A stretch of 64,000 nt of DNA from Bacillota bacterium. GTDB taxonomy: Bacteria > Bacillota > Clostridia > Saccharofermentanales > Saccharofermentanaceae. The stretch spans positions 3,543 through 67,542 of the forward strand of contig JAEWUD010000047.1 in the NCBI GenBank assembly GCA_023397475.1, given 5' to 3'. Below the pieces are notes generated by a model that did no database searches, was not told the DNA's origin, and worked only from the letters and a program-made list of their open reading frames with translations. The translations under genes were made by a program, and so were the position numbers. Positions within the stretch are counted from its first letter, which is position 1. Every line of letters begins with the position of its first letter. Shown here piece by piece: positions 43,903 to 53,542 of this stretch.

Positions 43903-46140
43903 ATGATATTGTACAGACGAATTTCTCGAGAATTACGCACACATTGGGTTCGATGGTCATCACTGATGTTTCTTACTGCCGTCGGCCTGGCGATGGTCGG
44001 TGCGCTTACGGGAGCTTCTTTTTCTGTCTTCAACGTGACGGAGCGTAACGCTCTTGAAAGCCGGGTTGAAGACGGCCAGTTTATCGTTGCCTCACCGCTC
44101 AGCGACACCGTCGTCGAGGACCTGGATGAGGCCGGATTCCGGGTGGAGAGAAATTTCTATTGTGATTTTTCCGGAGAGAACGGGTCGACACTTCGCGTCT
44201 TTGGCACTCGTGAGAACATCAATCTTGCGACGCCGGATCGCGGTGACTTGCCGACCCGGTCGAGTGAAGTTTTCCTCGAGAAGCTTTTCGCGAAAAAAAT
44301 GAAGATCACGATCGGTGATAAGATCGAAATCGGCGATACTGCATATGATGTTATCGGCATCGGATCGTTTCCCGACTACGAGGCGCTCTTCAAAAACTTC
44401 GGCGATGTCGGATGCGATCCGGCGAGATTCAGTGTTGCCATGCTGACCGATTCGGATTATGAGAACCTCGTGCAAACCGGATCTTCCGCAGGATCAGAGA
44501 CCTTTCTGTACGCATTTGATTGCGACGAAGATATATCATCCGACGACCTGAAGCACGAGCTTCGAAGTCGGGCGGAGGAGGGCGTGTTTCTCCTGTCCTT
44601 TCTTACCGCCGAGAATAATCAAAGAATCGGAGCCGCCGGTGAAGACATCGTGATAACAGGCATTTCCGGCATGGTTGGCGCCGTTATCTTTCTTCTTTTG
44701 CTCGGATACGTCATCTCCGTCTTTATGGTGCAGACAATTGACCGGGAAAGCAGCGTGATCGGCGCTCTCGTCGCTCTTGGCCTTACGAACGCAGAACTGA
44801 TCCGATATTATATGGCGCTTCCTGCGCTTGTCGGTTTTGTCGGTGCCTGCATCGGGACCCTCGCAGGGTATTGTCTGACACCAACGCAATTTTCTGATTC
44901 GAGCGGTTACTTCTCCTATCCCGATCCTCAGGTGCTTATTCCGCCTGCGTGGATCGTGATCTCGCTCGTGTTGCCGCCGCTTCTTTGCGGGCTTGTGAAC
45001 TGGATCGTCGTCCGCCGGCGACTTTGTGTTTCGTCGCTTTCACTTCTTCGCGGAGAACACCGGGAGAAAACAGCCGGCGGCCCCGAACTTCGAAGCATGT
45101 CTTTTTCGATGCGCTTCGGCATCCGTCACGCACTTCATGAATGGCGTTCCGCGGCTGCCCTCCTGGGAGCTTTGTTTCTATCGCTCCTGTTGATCATGCT
45201 CGCCGTAGACTGTTACGCGGCGATTGAGAATATGATTCGGGACAACCGTGAGAGCACAAGATTTATCGAGATGATCTTTCTCAACGCGACGCCGGAAGAA
45301 ATTCCGCCGAATACCGAGGAAGGATATGCCGAGAAACTGAAGAAGGAAGCATGGGGATATGAGATTGATGTTACCCTTCTGGGTATCCATCCGGGGAATC
45401 CCTATTTTCCCTTTGACATACCACTGGGAGAGAACGAGGTCATTATTTCTTCTTCGGCGATGCGCAAGTTCAATCTATCGAAGGGAGATACGATCACACT
45501 CCATGAAGCAACGGGTGACAGGACCCGAAGTTTCCGTATCACCGGAGTGGCTGAGTATTCCGCGGGATCGTTCCTGTTTATGGATATCGACGCGATGAGA
45601 GAGCTTTATGCGCGGGGGGACAGTTTTACGAATGTCCTTTTTACCGACGGGAAGATTGACATGGAACGGGAGAGAATCGCGTATCGGGTGAGTCGGGAAG
45701 ACATTATCGGATATGGAGATATCTTCCGCCAATTGATGTCGGGACTTCTGCGAATGCTTACGATCGTATCAACATTCATTCTTATCACCGTCTTGTATCT
45801 GATGCAGAAGAATGTGATTGATCGTTCGACCTATTCGATCGCTCTGAGTAAAACATTTGGGTATACGGAGAAGGAGGTTCGAAGACTTTATCTGCGATTC
45901 GGATTCGTCGTTGTCGCGTCAGGTTCAATCTTTCTTGTGCCTCTATCGAAAATCGTGATCGACCGGATATTTCCGATCATGGTATCAAACGTCAGTGTCG
46001 GTATGGATACCTCGGTTCCCCTTCTTATTTATCCGATGATCATGCTCTGGATATTTCTCGTTTACGGAGCGGTGTACGTGCTTCTTGCCCGACGACTTAG
46101 AAGTGTACGTGCGGCCGAGATTCTGAAACAACGGGAATAG
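43903..46140 (+). CDS. FtsX-like ABC transporter permease (two FtsX modules)
   Basis: 745-aa protein. Each half has a TM helix, a large extracytoplasmic domain and 3 TM helices. ATG behind AAGGGAG. Confidence 0.82.
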   Translation: MILYRRISRELRTHWVRWSSLMFLTAVGLAMVGALTGASFSVFNVTERNALESRVEDGQFIVASPLSDTVVEDLDEAGFRVERNFYCDFSGENGSTLRVFGTRENINLATPDRGDLPTRSSEVFLEKLFAKKMKITIGDKIEIGDTAYDVIGIGSFPDYEALFKNFGDVGCDPARFSVAMLTDSDYENLVQTGSSAGSETFLYAFDCDEDISSDDLKHELRSRAEEGVFLLSFLTAENNQRIGAAGEDIVITGISGMVGAVIFLLLLGYVISVFMVQTIDRESSVIGALVALGLTNAELIRYYMALPALVGFVGACIGTLAGYCLTPTQFSDSSGYFSYPDPQVLIPPAWIVISLVLPPLLCGLVNWIVVRRRLCVSSLSLLRGEHREKTAGGPELRSMSFSMRFGIRHALHEWRSAAALLGALFLSLLLIMLAVDCYAAIENMIRDNRESTRFIEMIFLNATPEEIPPNTEEGYAEKLKKEAWGYEIDVTLLGIHPGNPYFPFDIPLGENEVIISSSAMRKFNLSKGDTITLHEATGDRTRSFRITGVAEYSAGSFLFMDIDAMRELYARGDSFTNVLFTDGKIDMERERIAYRVSREDIIGYGDIFRQLMSGLLRMLTIVSTFILITVLYLMQKNVIDRSTYSIALSKTFGYTEKEVRRLYLRFGFVVVASGSIFLVPLSKIVIDRIFPIMVSNVSVGMDTSVPLLIYPMIMLWIFLVYGAVYVLLARRLRSVRAAEILKQRE

Positions 46141-46142
46141 AA

Positions 46143-46814
46143 TCAGCGAATTCTGCCCCCGTGATAGAAACATTCAAAGATCAGTTCATCGTCGCGAAAA
46201 ATCTCCTCATATCCCTGAAACCAATCAAGGGATCCTGACGCAGAGCATCGATACGTGTATGGCCCGTCGTGAAAAAAAGCGGGTCCGCGATAGGGCGCTG
46301 CTTCGGGCACATGAGAAAGCGCCGCTTTGAGAAAATCTCCGCTAAAACCGTCGCCGATCACCCGACCGACATAGTTCATGGAGAAGATCGGAACTTCACG
46401 AAGCCATACGGCTTCTTCTCCGGAAAAAGCTTCGCCGCCGAGAAACGTATCGATGTAGAGGTAATCTCCTTCACGGTAGAGAAGATCGTGAGAAGAAGGA
46501 CGGGAAGACGCAGTCTCCGCCCCTTTGCCGGCGTACGTCTTGCGTTTGGCTTCGAGGAGAAAACGAACAAAATCATCCGACAAATCGATGTCGGAAGGTA
46601 TAGGTTGGCGGATGCAGGGATCCTCTTTCACCAGATAATCCACCGTCACGAGCAAAACTTCGCTCAGAAGAATGAGATTCGTAATATCCGGGAAGCCTTG
46701 TCCGGCCTCCCACTTCGCAACCGCCTGGCGGGAGATATTCAAGCGCTCGGCGAGCGTCTCCTGTGTCATTCCTTTGCTTCGTCGTAGAAATGCGAGTTTC
46801 TCACAAAATTGCAT
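46143..46814 (-). CDS. XRE family HTH transcriptional regulator with a C-terminal DUF5680-like domain
   Basis: LRRSKGMTQETLAERLNISRQAVAKWEAG HTH_3 motif. Confidence 0.82.
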   Translation of the reverse strand: MQFCEKLAFLRRSKGMTQETLAERLNISRQAVAKWEAGQGFPDITNLILLSEVLLVTVDYLVKEDPCIRQPIPSDIDLSDDFVRFLLEAKRKTYAGKGAETASSRPSSHDLLYREGDYLYIDTFLGGEAFSGEEAVWLREVPIFSMNYVGRVIGDGFSGDFLKAALSHVPEAAPYRGPAFFHDGPYTYRCSASGSLDWFQGYEEIFRDDELIFECFYHGGRIR

Positions 46815-46981
46815 ATCTTTGCACCTCCTTGGCTTCTAATCGCATGATATCACGTGAGAATGGCAAGGAGACATCACCGCCTCGTTTCGTTTTCGCAACG
46901 TAACGTTGCATCCCAGCCCGGAGAAAGTATGGGATAGTAGAAGCCCGGCCATCGATCTACCGACGGCCGGGCTTCTTCTGT

Positions 46982-47070
46982 TGGCGGAGACGGTGGGATT
47001 CGAACCCACGTGCCCTTGCGGACAACTCGATTTCGAGTCGAGCTCGTTATGACCACTTCGATACGTCTCC
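46982..47070 (-). tRNA. tRNA-Ser (anticodon CGA), class II with a long variable arm and encoded CCA
   Basis: Hand-folded cloverleaf. Acceptor GGAGACG/CGTCTCC, anticodon stem CTCGA/TCGAG with loop CTCGAAA, variable arm GTCC-gcaa-GGGC, and T-arm GTGGG-TTCGAAT-CCCAC. Confidence 0.95.
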
Positions 47071-47083
47071 GTGACGTCATTCG

Positions 47084-47112
47084 ATTATGGGGGTTTTGGG
47101 GTGAAAAGTCAA
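47084..47112 (-). promoter_or_regulatory. Candidate sigma-A promoter of tRNA-Ser
   Basis: Minus strand TTGACT - 17 nt - CATAAT. The -10 element ends 13 nt before the mature tRNA 5' end. Confidence 0.55.
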
Positions 47113-47282
47113 TACTTTCAAGGCTCGTGAGGTCGGCTTTTTTCGTGAAGATCGCAGATATGCGAAACGTTTCACAGGAACATCCATTTGCTTATTCATA
47201 CAAAGAATTTTTGTTGCTCATTTTCATGAAACGCGATAAGATTATTCTACGATGAAAAAAAGCTGAGGGTTTGATAGACGGC

Positions 47283-47939
47283 ATGACGGAAGAACTCAAA
47301 GATATCGTTTATAGCGATTTATACCGGTTTACCGGAAATAAGCGTCGCCTGTCGAAGGTCTATCTGACTTTCATTCAGGAGTGGTTTTCGAGTCCCGAAT
47401 TTAAGTTCCTAAATTCGTTTCGCCGAACACAGTACTATTTTCTGGCGATGGAGAAGGGGCCGAAGGGAATTAAGAACTTCAAAAACCATTTTCTCTTCAA
47501 TCTTTACAATATCAGCCTGAACCACTATACGACCAAGTACCAGTTCCAGATTCCCTACGAGACGAGAATCGGCAAGGGTCTATACATCGCGCACTTCGGA
47601 CGCATTATTATCCATCCGAAGTCGGTGATCGGTCATAACGTCAACATCTCAACGGGCGTCGTCATCGGAACACAATTCCGCGGACCACGTAAGGGTGCTC
47701 CGAATATCGGCAATTACGTCTGGATCGGGGCGAACGCGGTTATCGTCGGTAATATTCGTGTCGGCAACAATGTTCTGATCGCACCGGGCGCGTATATCAA
47801 CTTCGATGTTCCGGACAACTCGATCGTGATCGGCAACCCGGGCTTAATTCGCCGTTCACCCGGAGCGACGCTCGGATATATTAATAACACGATCCTTTTT
47901 GACGAATATAATGTTCGATCGGGAGAACCGACGCAATGA
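47283..47939 (+). CDS. Serine O-acetyltransferase-like hexapeptide-repeat acetyltransferase
   Basis: Left-handed beta-helix repeats IGKGLYIAHFGRIIIHPKSVIGHNVNISTGVVIG...IGANAVIVGNIRVGNNVLIAPGA. The start is either ATG 47283 or TTG 47271. Confidence 0.8.
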   Translation: MTEELKDIVYSDLYRFTGNKRRLSKVYLTFIQEWFSSPEFKFLNSFRRTQYYFLAMEKGPKGIKNFKNHFLFNLYNISLNHYTTKYQFQIPYETRIGKGLYIAHFGRIIIHPKSVIGHNVNISTGVVIGTQFRGPRKGAPNIGNYVWIGANAVIVGNIRVGNNVLIAPGAYINFDVPDNSIVIGNPGLIRRSPGATLGYINNTILFDEYNVRSGEPTQ

Positions 47940-49213
47940 TAGAAGACGTACGAGAGATCAGATTACCGGTATCCTTTTTTCGCGAGAATCGACAGAAGCT
48001 TTTCAGGTGCTTGCCGGAGAAGGTTCTTGTTGTGCTGTACGCGGGACGCGCGACGATCATGTCGGCGGATACGGAGTATCCTTTTTTCGCGAACCGCAAT
48101 TTTTACTACTTTGCCGGGATTGAGCAGGAGGAATCGATTCTTCTTCTGTATCGCGACGGAGATGCGATCCGCGAAGTGATCTTTGTTCAGACACAGGATC
48201 CGCTGAAGGAGCGTTGGACCGGCAAGCGCCTCACATATGATGAAGTTGTCGCAGCATCCGGCATTGCGGAAGTACACTTTCTTCCTACCTTCGAAGACTA
48301 TATGAAGCCGTATTTATCAGACACGGAACTTCCGATTGCTCTGGAAGAAGGGTCGAAGTCCGGACCGTGTAAAGAATTCGAGAAACAGATTCGTTCTCTT
48401 GACGATGAGCGTGAGATGATTTCTCTCGAGAAGATCTGCGCGCGTATCCGTATGGTCAAAGAGCCCTGCGAGTTGGACATGATTCGCGAGGCGATCCGTC
48501 TGACCTATGAGGCTACGAAGGAAACGTGTGCGCACATTCGACCCGGCGTGACGGAGCTCGAACTGACAAGTGCCTTTGACTACGCGTTGGCGAAGCGAGG
48601 ATGCAGAGTCTCCGCTTTCCCTCCGATTTTTGCCGCGGCAAAGAACGCTCTGTGTCTGCATCACATGAATCCGACCGGCATCGCGAATGCGGGAGATCTG
48701 ATTCAGATGGATGTCGGCGGAAGAGTTGCCGGTTTGTGTGCGGATATCTCCCGGGTGTATCCCGCGTCGGGAAAATTTGACGAACGCCAGCTCGCATTAT
48801 ACGCGGCGGTACGATCACTTCAGGAGACGGCATTCCGGACGATTAAGCCCGGAGTCACCTTGTCCGAAGTCAATGAAGCTACGAAGAAGGCGGCACGCGA
48901 TCTGTTGATTCCGCTTGGTCTTCTCGATACCGGAACGGAATCGCACAAAGATGTTACCAATTATTACTGGCACAATGTCTCACACCACATGGGACATGAT
49001 GTTCACGATGTCAGCCTGCGCGAGTTGCCGCTTGAGGCCGGAATGGTGATCACGGTTGAACCGGGTCTTTATGTAGAAGAGTGGATGACCGGATTTCGAA
49101 TCGAAGACGATGTGGTTGTCACGGCGAACGGTTGCGAATTGCTGTCGGATTTTTTCCCGCGGGAAGCGGATGAGATGTGCTCCATGACCGAATCTGCGGA
49201 GGGGGGCGAATAG
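47936..49213 (+). CDS. pepP: Xaa-Pro aminopeptidase (M24B, with AMP_N domain)
   Basis: N-terminal AMP_N pattern (YPFFANRNFYYFAGI) and metal ligands in DVGGRVAGLCADISR, HHMGHDVHD, VEPG and RIEDD. Confidence 0.85.
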   Translation: MIEDVREIRLPVSFFRENRQKLFRCLPEKVLVVLYAGRATIMSADTEYPFFANRNFYYFAGIEQEESILLLYRDGDAIREVIFVQTQDPLKERWTGKRLTYDEVVAASGIAEVHFLPTFEDYMKPYLSDTELPIALEEGSKSGPCKEFEKQIRSLDDEREMISLEKICARIRMVKEPCELDMIREAIRLTYEATKETCAHIRPGVTELELTSAFDYALAKRGCRVSAFPPIFAAAKNALCLHHMNPTGIANAGDLIQMDVGGRVAGLCADISRVYPASGKFDERQLALYAAVRSLQETAFRTIKPGVTLSEVNEATKKAARDLLIPLGLLDTGTESHKDVTNYYWHNVSHHMGHDVHDVSLRELPLEAGMVITVEPGLYVEEWMTGFRIEDDVVVTANGCELLSDFFPREADEMCSMTESAEGGE

Positions 49214-49215
49214 TT

Positions 49216-50199
49216 TTGCCATCTTCCAATGTCTGGGTGATTGTTTTACTTGTACTACTAATTGTTCTCATCCTCGTGCTTGTATTTATTGCGGTTATTG
49301 CATTTCTTGCGCGAAAAGCCTGGCATATGGTCTTCGATCGTCCGTACCCGCGTCCTTTGGTCGATCGCTCCCCCAAAAACATCAATCAGGATACGCTGTA
49401 TGGAAGAGGTCAGAATTGGTTCTACACGAATCGATTGGACTTTCTGGATTTGTCCATCACCGCCTATGACGGTATCAAATTAGCCGGATATTATCGGCCC
49501 GCAGAGCGCAGAGATTCCAAACGACTTGTCATACTTTTGCATGGGTACAAGGACGTTGCTTCCGGTATGGGTGTATTCGCGCAACTCTATCTGCAAAAAT
49601 CCGACTGCCATATTCTGATCCCACATATGCGTGCCCACGGTATGAGCTACGGAGCCTATACCGGTTACGGACTTGCCGAGAGTCAGGATCTGATATCGTG
49701 GATCCGTTATATGCAGAAGATTCTGGGCAAGGACCTCCGGATTATCTGTCACGGTCGATCCATGGGTGCGGCCACCGTGCTTCTTGCCGCGGGAAGCGGG
49801 AAGATGCCGCCGGAGGTAAAGGGGGTTGTCGCGGACAGCAGTTTTACCTCGCTGTTCGCGCTGGTACGGTATTTGATGCGTAAGAGATATCACGTCGCTC
49901 CGCGTTTTTTTATCCGTGAGATCAGCCGCGTTGCCGGCCGTCACATCGAGTACCGGCCGGAAAGAGTATCTCCGGTTGCCCGGGCGAGCCGGATCAAGGT
50001 GCCGGTTCTCCTGATCCACGGTTCGGAGGATACCGTCATACCGCCGTCACACTCGGAAGAACTCTATCAGCGCATCCGGTCGCCCAAGAGGCTTCTTTAT
50101 ATCGAAGGGGCGGAACATGTGGAGACCTATGACGTCGCACCTTCGGCATTTTCCACGGAGGTCGACCGTTTGCTCGAGGTTTCCGGCTTCTTCTTGTAA
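49216..50199 (+). CDS. Alpha/beta hydrolase with an N-terminal TM anchor
   Basis: Nucleophile elbow HGRSMGA and HG oxyanion LLHGY. TTG start behind GGAGGGGGG (uncertain). Confidence 0.75.
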   Translation: MPSSNVWVIVLLVLLIVLILVLVFIAVIAFLARKAWHMVFDRPYPRPLVDRSPKNINQDTLYGRGQNWFYTNRLDFLDLSITAYDGIKLAGYYRPAERRDSKRLVILLHGYKDVASGMGVFAQLYLQKSDCHILIPHMRAHGMSYGAYTGYGLAESQDLISWIRYMQKILGKDLRIICHGRSMGAATVLLAAGSGKMPPEVKGVVADSSFTSLFALVRYLMRKRYHVAPRFFIREISRVAGRHIEYRPERVSPVARASRIKVPVLLIHGSEDTVIPPSHSEELYQRIRSPKRLLYIEGAEHVETYDVAPSAFSTEVDRLLEVSGFFL

Positions 50200-50237
50200 A
50201 TAACATCCTGATTGATCGAACGAGGGCCGAGGTACCC

Positions 50238-50266
50238 TTGCAACGGTCCGTCGACTGCTGTATGAT
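50238..50266 (+). promoter_or_regulatory. Candidate sigma-A promoter of the thiT leader
   Basis: TTGCAA - 17 nt - TATGAT, about 15 nt upstream of the riboswitch. Confidence 0.55.
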
Positions 50267-50278
50267 GCAAAGTAGACA

Positions 50279-50425
50279 AACACGGGGAGCTGGAACCAGA
50301 TCCGGCTGAGAGGATACGATATTCAGGCGTATCGACCCGAATACCTGAACCGGATAATGCCGGCGGAGGGATCAATTGCTGAAGTGTAACACTTCTCCTT
50401 GTTCACCTGCCGGAATCAAGGAGGA
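50279..50425 (+). promoter_or_regulatory. TPP (THI-box) riboswitch with an SD-sequestering expression platform
   Basis: GGGGAGC...GGCTGAGAGG...ACCC...ACCTGAACCGGATAATGCCGGCGGAGGGA matches the THI-box core. CTCCTTG (50394-50400) can pair with CAAGGAG (50417-50423), the thiT RBS. Confidence 0.85.
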
Positions 50426-50433
50426 GTATTTTT

Positions 50434-51264
50434 ATGACATCGATCTCTTCGACCAACAAATCCCGTGAACTTCTGATGGCGGTTTCCGCCGGAGGAATCT
50501 GTCTTGCGATGGCAGAGATTCTGTCCCTGATCAAGGTGTTTGAGATGCCGCAGGGCGGATCCGTAACTGCTGCATCCATGCTTCCCATCATACTATTCGC
50601 ACTCTGCTTCGGACCCGGATACGGGCTTGCACTCGCATTTGCCTACAGTCTCCTGCAGACCTTCATCGGCGGTTACCTGATGTCTTTCCCACAAGTTCTT
50701 CTCGATTATACGGTAGCTTTCACCGGACTCGGAATCGCCGGTTTTTTCGCCGCGAAGAAGTCTGTTCGCGAACTGGAATCCAATATGCTTCGAAGGCTGA
50801 AACTCATTCCCGTCTGGCGTATTGTACTCGGCACGTCTCTTGCGATCCTCATGCGACTGATCTCGTCGTTTCTCGCAGGGATCGTCTTCTGGGCGGAATA
50901 TGCGCCGGAAGGACAGACTGTATGGGGGTATTCCTTAGCGTACAACGCATCGTACCTGATTCCGGAAACCCTGATAACGCTCGTCGTCCTTTTCGCCTTG
51001 TCCTCGACGCTTCTTGTCACAAAGAATGTTCCGGCTGCGGACACGACACCCCGGATGACAAAGAAGGCATGGATCCTAACCGTTATCATCTCACTACTAC
51101 CGGTATTCGGGCAGATCTTTCTTATTGTCTGGACGTTTGATAAGACATCTCCGCGCAGCAAGAAGATTTACTCTGCGATATTTCTCGGGCTGATCGTCCT
51201 CGCATTCGGTGTATGGATCGGGATCTCACTTGCACAGAAGGCGCCTTTTGTACCCTTTCAGTAA
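50434..51264 (+). CDS. thiT: Energy-coupling-factor thiamine transporter S component ThiT, with an extra C-terminal two-TM extension
   Basis: Lies downstream of the TPP riboswitch. ThiT-like core (FEMPQGGSVT...). 276 aa, versus about 180 aa as I recall for typical ThiT. Confidence 0.8.
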   Translation: MTSISSTNKSRELLMAVSAGGICLAMAEILSLIKVFEMPQGGSVTAASMLPIILFALCFGPGYGLALAFAYSLLQTFIGGYLMSFPQVLLDYTVAFTGLGIAGFFAAKKSVRELESNMLRRLKLIPVWRIVLGTSLAILMRLISSFLAGIVFWAEYAPEGQTVWGYSLAYNASYLIPETLITLVVLFALSSTLLVTKNVPAADTTPRMTKKAWILTVIISLLPVFGQIFLIVWTFDKTSPRSKKIYSAIFLGLIVLAFGVWIGISLAQKAPFVPFQ

Positions 51265-51447
51265 TCGAAGTACGATTCGCAATAATGGCCTCGTCATCTG
51301 TTTTGACGGATGCGGGGCTTTATTCTGCTCGCAAAATCTCTATTTCAACAACAAAATCGAAAGTAGTTTTATAGCGTCACATACGCTTTTTGTGCTATCA
51401 TACTAGGCAAACATTTAGGCCACGGTTAACCAACGGAGGATTATAGC

Positions 51448-52953
51448 ATGGCAATGATTTTTGCGGAGGAATCCCGCACATTCAGTGAATACCTTCTCGT
51501 GCCGAACCTGACAACGGCAGAGCATACACCGGAGAAGGTCGACCTGTCGACGGCAATCGTCCGATACAGGAAGGGCGAAGAGAACCCGAAGCTTAAGATC
51601 AATATCCCACTTGTTTCCGCGATTATGCAGTCTGTCTCTGATTCCGGCATGGCGGTAGCCTTGGCACGATATGGTGGATTGTCCTTCGTTTTCCAATCCC
51701 AGAGCATCGAGAGCCAGTGCGATATGGTTCGCAAGGTCAAGAAGTATAAGGCCGGAATTGTTTCCTCGGATTCGAACCTTACTCCGGAAGCTACTTTGGA
51801 AGACATCCTGCGTCTCAAAGAATCCCGCGGTCATTCGACGGTTGCGATTACCGATGACGGTACTCCGAACGGTAAGCTGATGGGACTGGTCACTTCGAAG
51901 GATTATCGTATCAGCCGTATGGATCCTCAGACCAAGGTTTCAGAATTTATGACGCCGTTTGACAGTCTGATCACGGCGCCTGAGGGTACAACACTGAAGA
52001 CGGCCAATGATATTATCTGGGAGCATAAGGTCAATCAGTTACCGATTGTCGATGATGAGAATCGACTTGTCGGTCTAGTATTCCGCAAGGACTATGATTC
52101 GCATAAGGAGAATCCTCAGGAGCTTCTCGATGCAAACAAACGCTTAATTGTAGGTGCCGGAATCAATACGCGGGATTATGCCGAGCGTGTTCCCGCTCTT
52201 GTTGCCGCGGGCGCCGACGTTCTCTGTATTGATTCGTCCGACGGTTTTTCCGAATGGCAGCTGCGTACGATTTCGTGGATCAAGTCTTACAATCCTTCGA
52301 TTCTTGTCGGAGCGGGCAACGTCGTCGACGAAGAAGGATTCCGCTATCTGGCGGATGCCGGCGCGGACTTTGTTAAGGTCGGCATCGGCGGCGGTTCGAT
52401 CTGCATCACCCGCGAACAGAAGGGTATCGGTTGCGGACAGGCATCGGCAATACTCGCTGTCTCCAAAGCGCGCGATAAGTATTATAATGATACAGGTGTT
52501 TATATTCCGATTTGTTCGGACGGCGGCATCGTGCACGATTATCACATGACACTTGCGTTGGCGATGGGCGCGGATTTCATTATGCTCGGCCGTTATTTCG
52601 CCCGTTTCGACGAGAGCCCGACGCGCAAAATGCTCGTCGGTGGTAATTATGTCAAGGAGTATTGGGGCGAAGGATCCAACCGCGCCCGCAACTGGCAGCG
52701 CTACGATGATGGCGGTACCGGAGGGAAGATGTCCTTTGAGGAAGGTGTTGATTCCTATGTTCCGTATGCCGGAACGCTCAAGGATAACCTGGATTCCGCG
52801 ATGGCGAAGATGAAGTCAACGATGTGCTCTTGCGGATCGAAGTCCATCGCGGACTTGCAGGAGAAAGCCCGACTCGTCGTCGTGTCGTCGACGTCGATCA
52901 TTGAGGGTGGCGCGCACGACGTCATTCGCAAGGAGAGCGACCGACCCCGTTAA
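51448..52953 (+). CDS. guaB: IMP dehydrogenase
   Basis: CBS pair insertion, catalytic loop [14 protein letters not shown], and GGI..D..KALA-like [17 protein letters not shown]. Confidence 0.88.
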   Translation: MAMIFAEESRTFSEYLLVPNLTTAEHTPEKVDLSTAIVRYRKGEENPKLKINIPLVSAIMQSVSDSGMAVALARYGGLSFVFQSQSIESQCDMVRKVKKYKAGIVSSDSNLTPEATLEDILRLKESRGHSTVAITDDGTPNGKLMGLVTSKDYRISRMDPQTKVSEFMTPFDSLITAPEGTTLKTANDIIWEHKVNQLPIVDDENRLVGLVFRKDYDSHKENPQELLDANKRLIVGAGINTRDYAERVPALVAAGADVLCIDSSDGFSEWQLRTISWIKSYNPSILVGAGNVVDEEGFRYLADAGADFVKVGIGGGSICITREQKGIGCGQASAILAVSKARDKYYNDTGVYIPICSDGGIVHDYHMTLALAMGADFIMLGRYFARFDESPTRKMLVGGNYVKEYWGEGSNRARNWQRYDDGGTGGKMSFEEGVDSYVPYAGTLKDNLDSAMAKMKSTMCSCGSKSIADLQEKARLVVVSSTSIIEGGAHDVIRKESDRPR

Positions 52954-53019
52954 GATAAGAACCAGGATGTAATGAATGTCATATGAATGGATAACCGTAA
53001 GGTAGAAAAGGAGCCAACC

Positions 53020-53505
53020 ATGGTGGAACTTGAGAAGAACGCTTTTACCGTCGAAGGATTGAAGAGACTGCAGGATGAGCTTGCCGAGCGCAAGACGGTC
53101 AAGGCCGCCGAGATATCGGAACGTTTGAAGGAAGCCCGCGCACAGGGCGACCTCTCGGAGAACTCGGAGTACGATGATGCCAAGGAAGCGCAGGCGAAGA
53201 ATGAGACGCGAATTCTGGAGCTCGAAGATCTCCTGAAGAACGCGCGTGTTATCGATGAAGATGAGATCAGCAAGACGAAGGTCTCGCTGGGATCTCTCGT
53301 TACCTTGCGTGATGAGGAAACGAAGGAAGAGATCGATTACAGTATCGTCAATGCGAGCGAAGGCGATATCTTTATGAACCGTATTTCGACGGAATCCCCT
53401 GTCGGACAGTCGATTCTCGGGAAGAAGAAGGGACAGATCGTAGAGGTCTCCACACCGATGGGAACTCTTAAATACAAGATCGTCAAGATTGGCAAGCCCG
53501 GCTGA
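53020..53505 (+). CDS. greA: Transcription elongation factor GreA
   Basis: GDLSENSEYDDAKEAQ acidic tip motif. 161 aa. ATG behind AAGGAG. Confidence 0.93.
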   Translation: MVELEKNAFTVEGLKRLQDELAERKTVKAAEISERLKEARAQGDLSENSEYDDAKEAQAKNETRILELEDLLKNARVIDEDEISKTKVSLGSLVTLRDEETKEEIDYSIVNASEGDIFMNRISTESPVGQSILGKKKGQIVEVSTPMGTLKYKIVKIGKPG

Positions 53506-53542
53506 CGAACTTGATCCCATCCGAAGGAGAGGACGATTATAC

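Noticed and set aside
41030-47070. A genomic island integrated at tRNA-Ser (TetR genes, ABC exporter, XRE regulator, small basic protein)
   Set aside because: No integrase, recombinase, direct repeat of the tRNA 3' end or phage/conjugation genes are visible. The content is ordinary accessory regulators and transporters.
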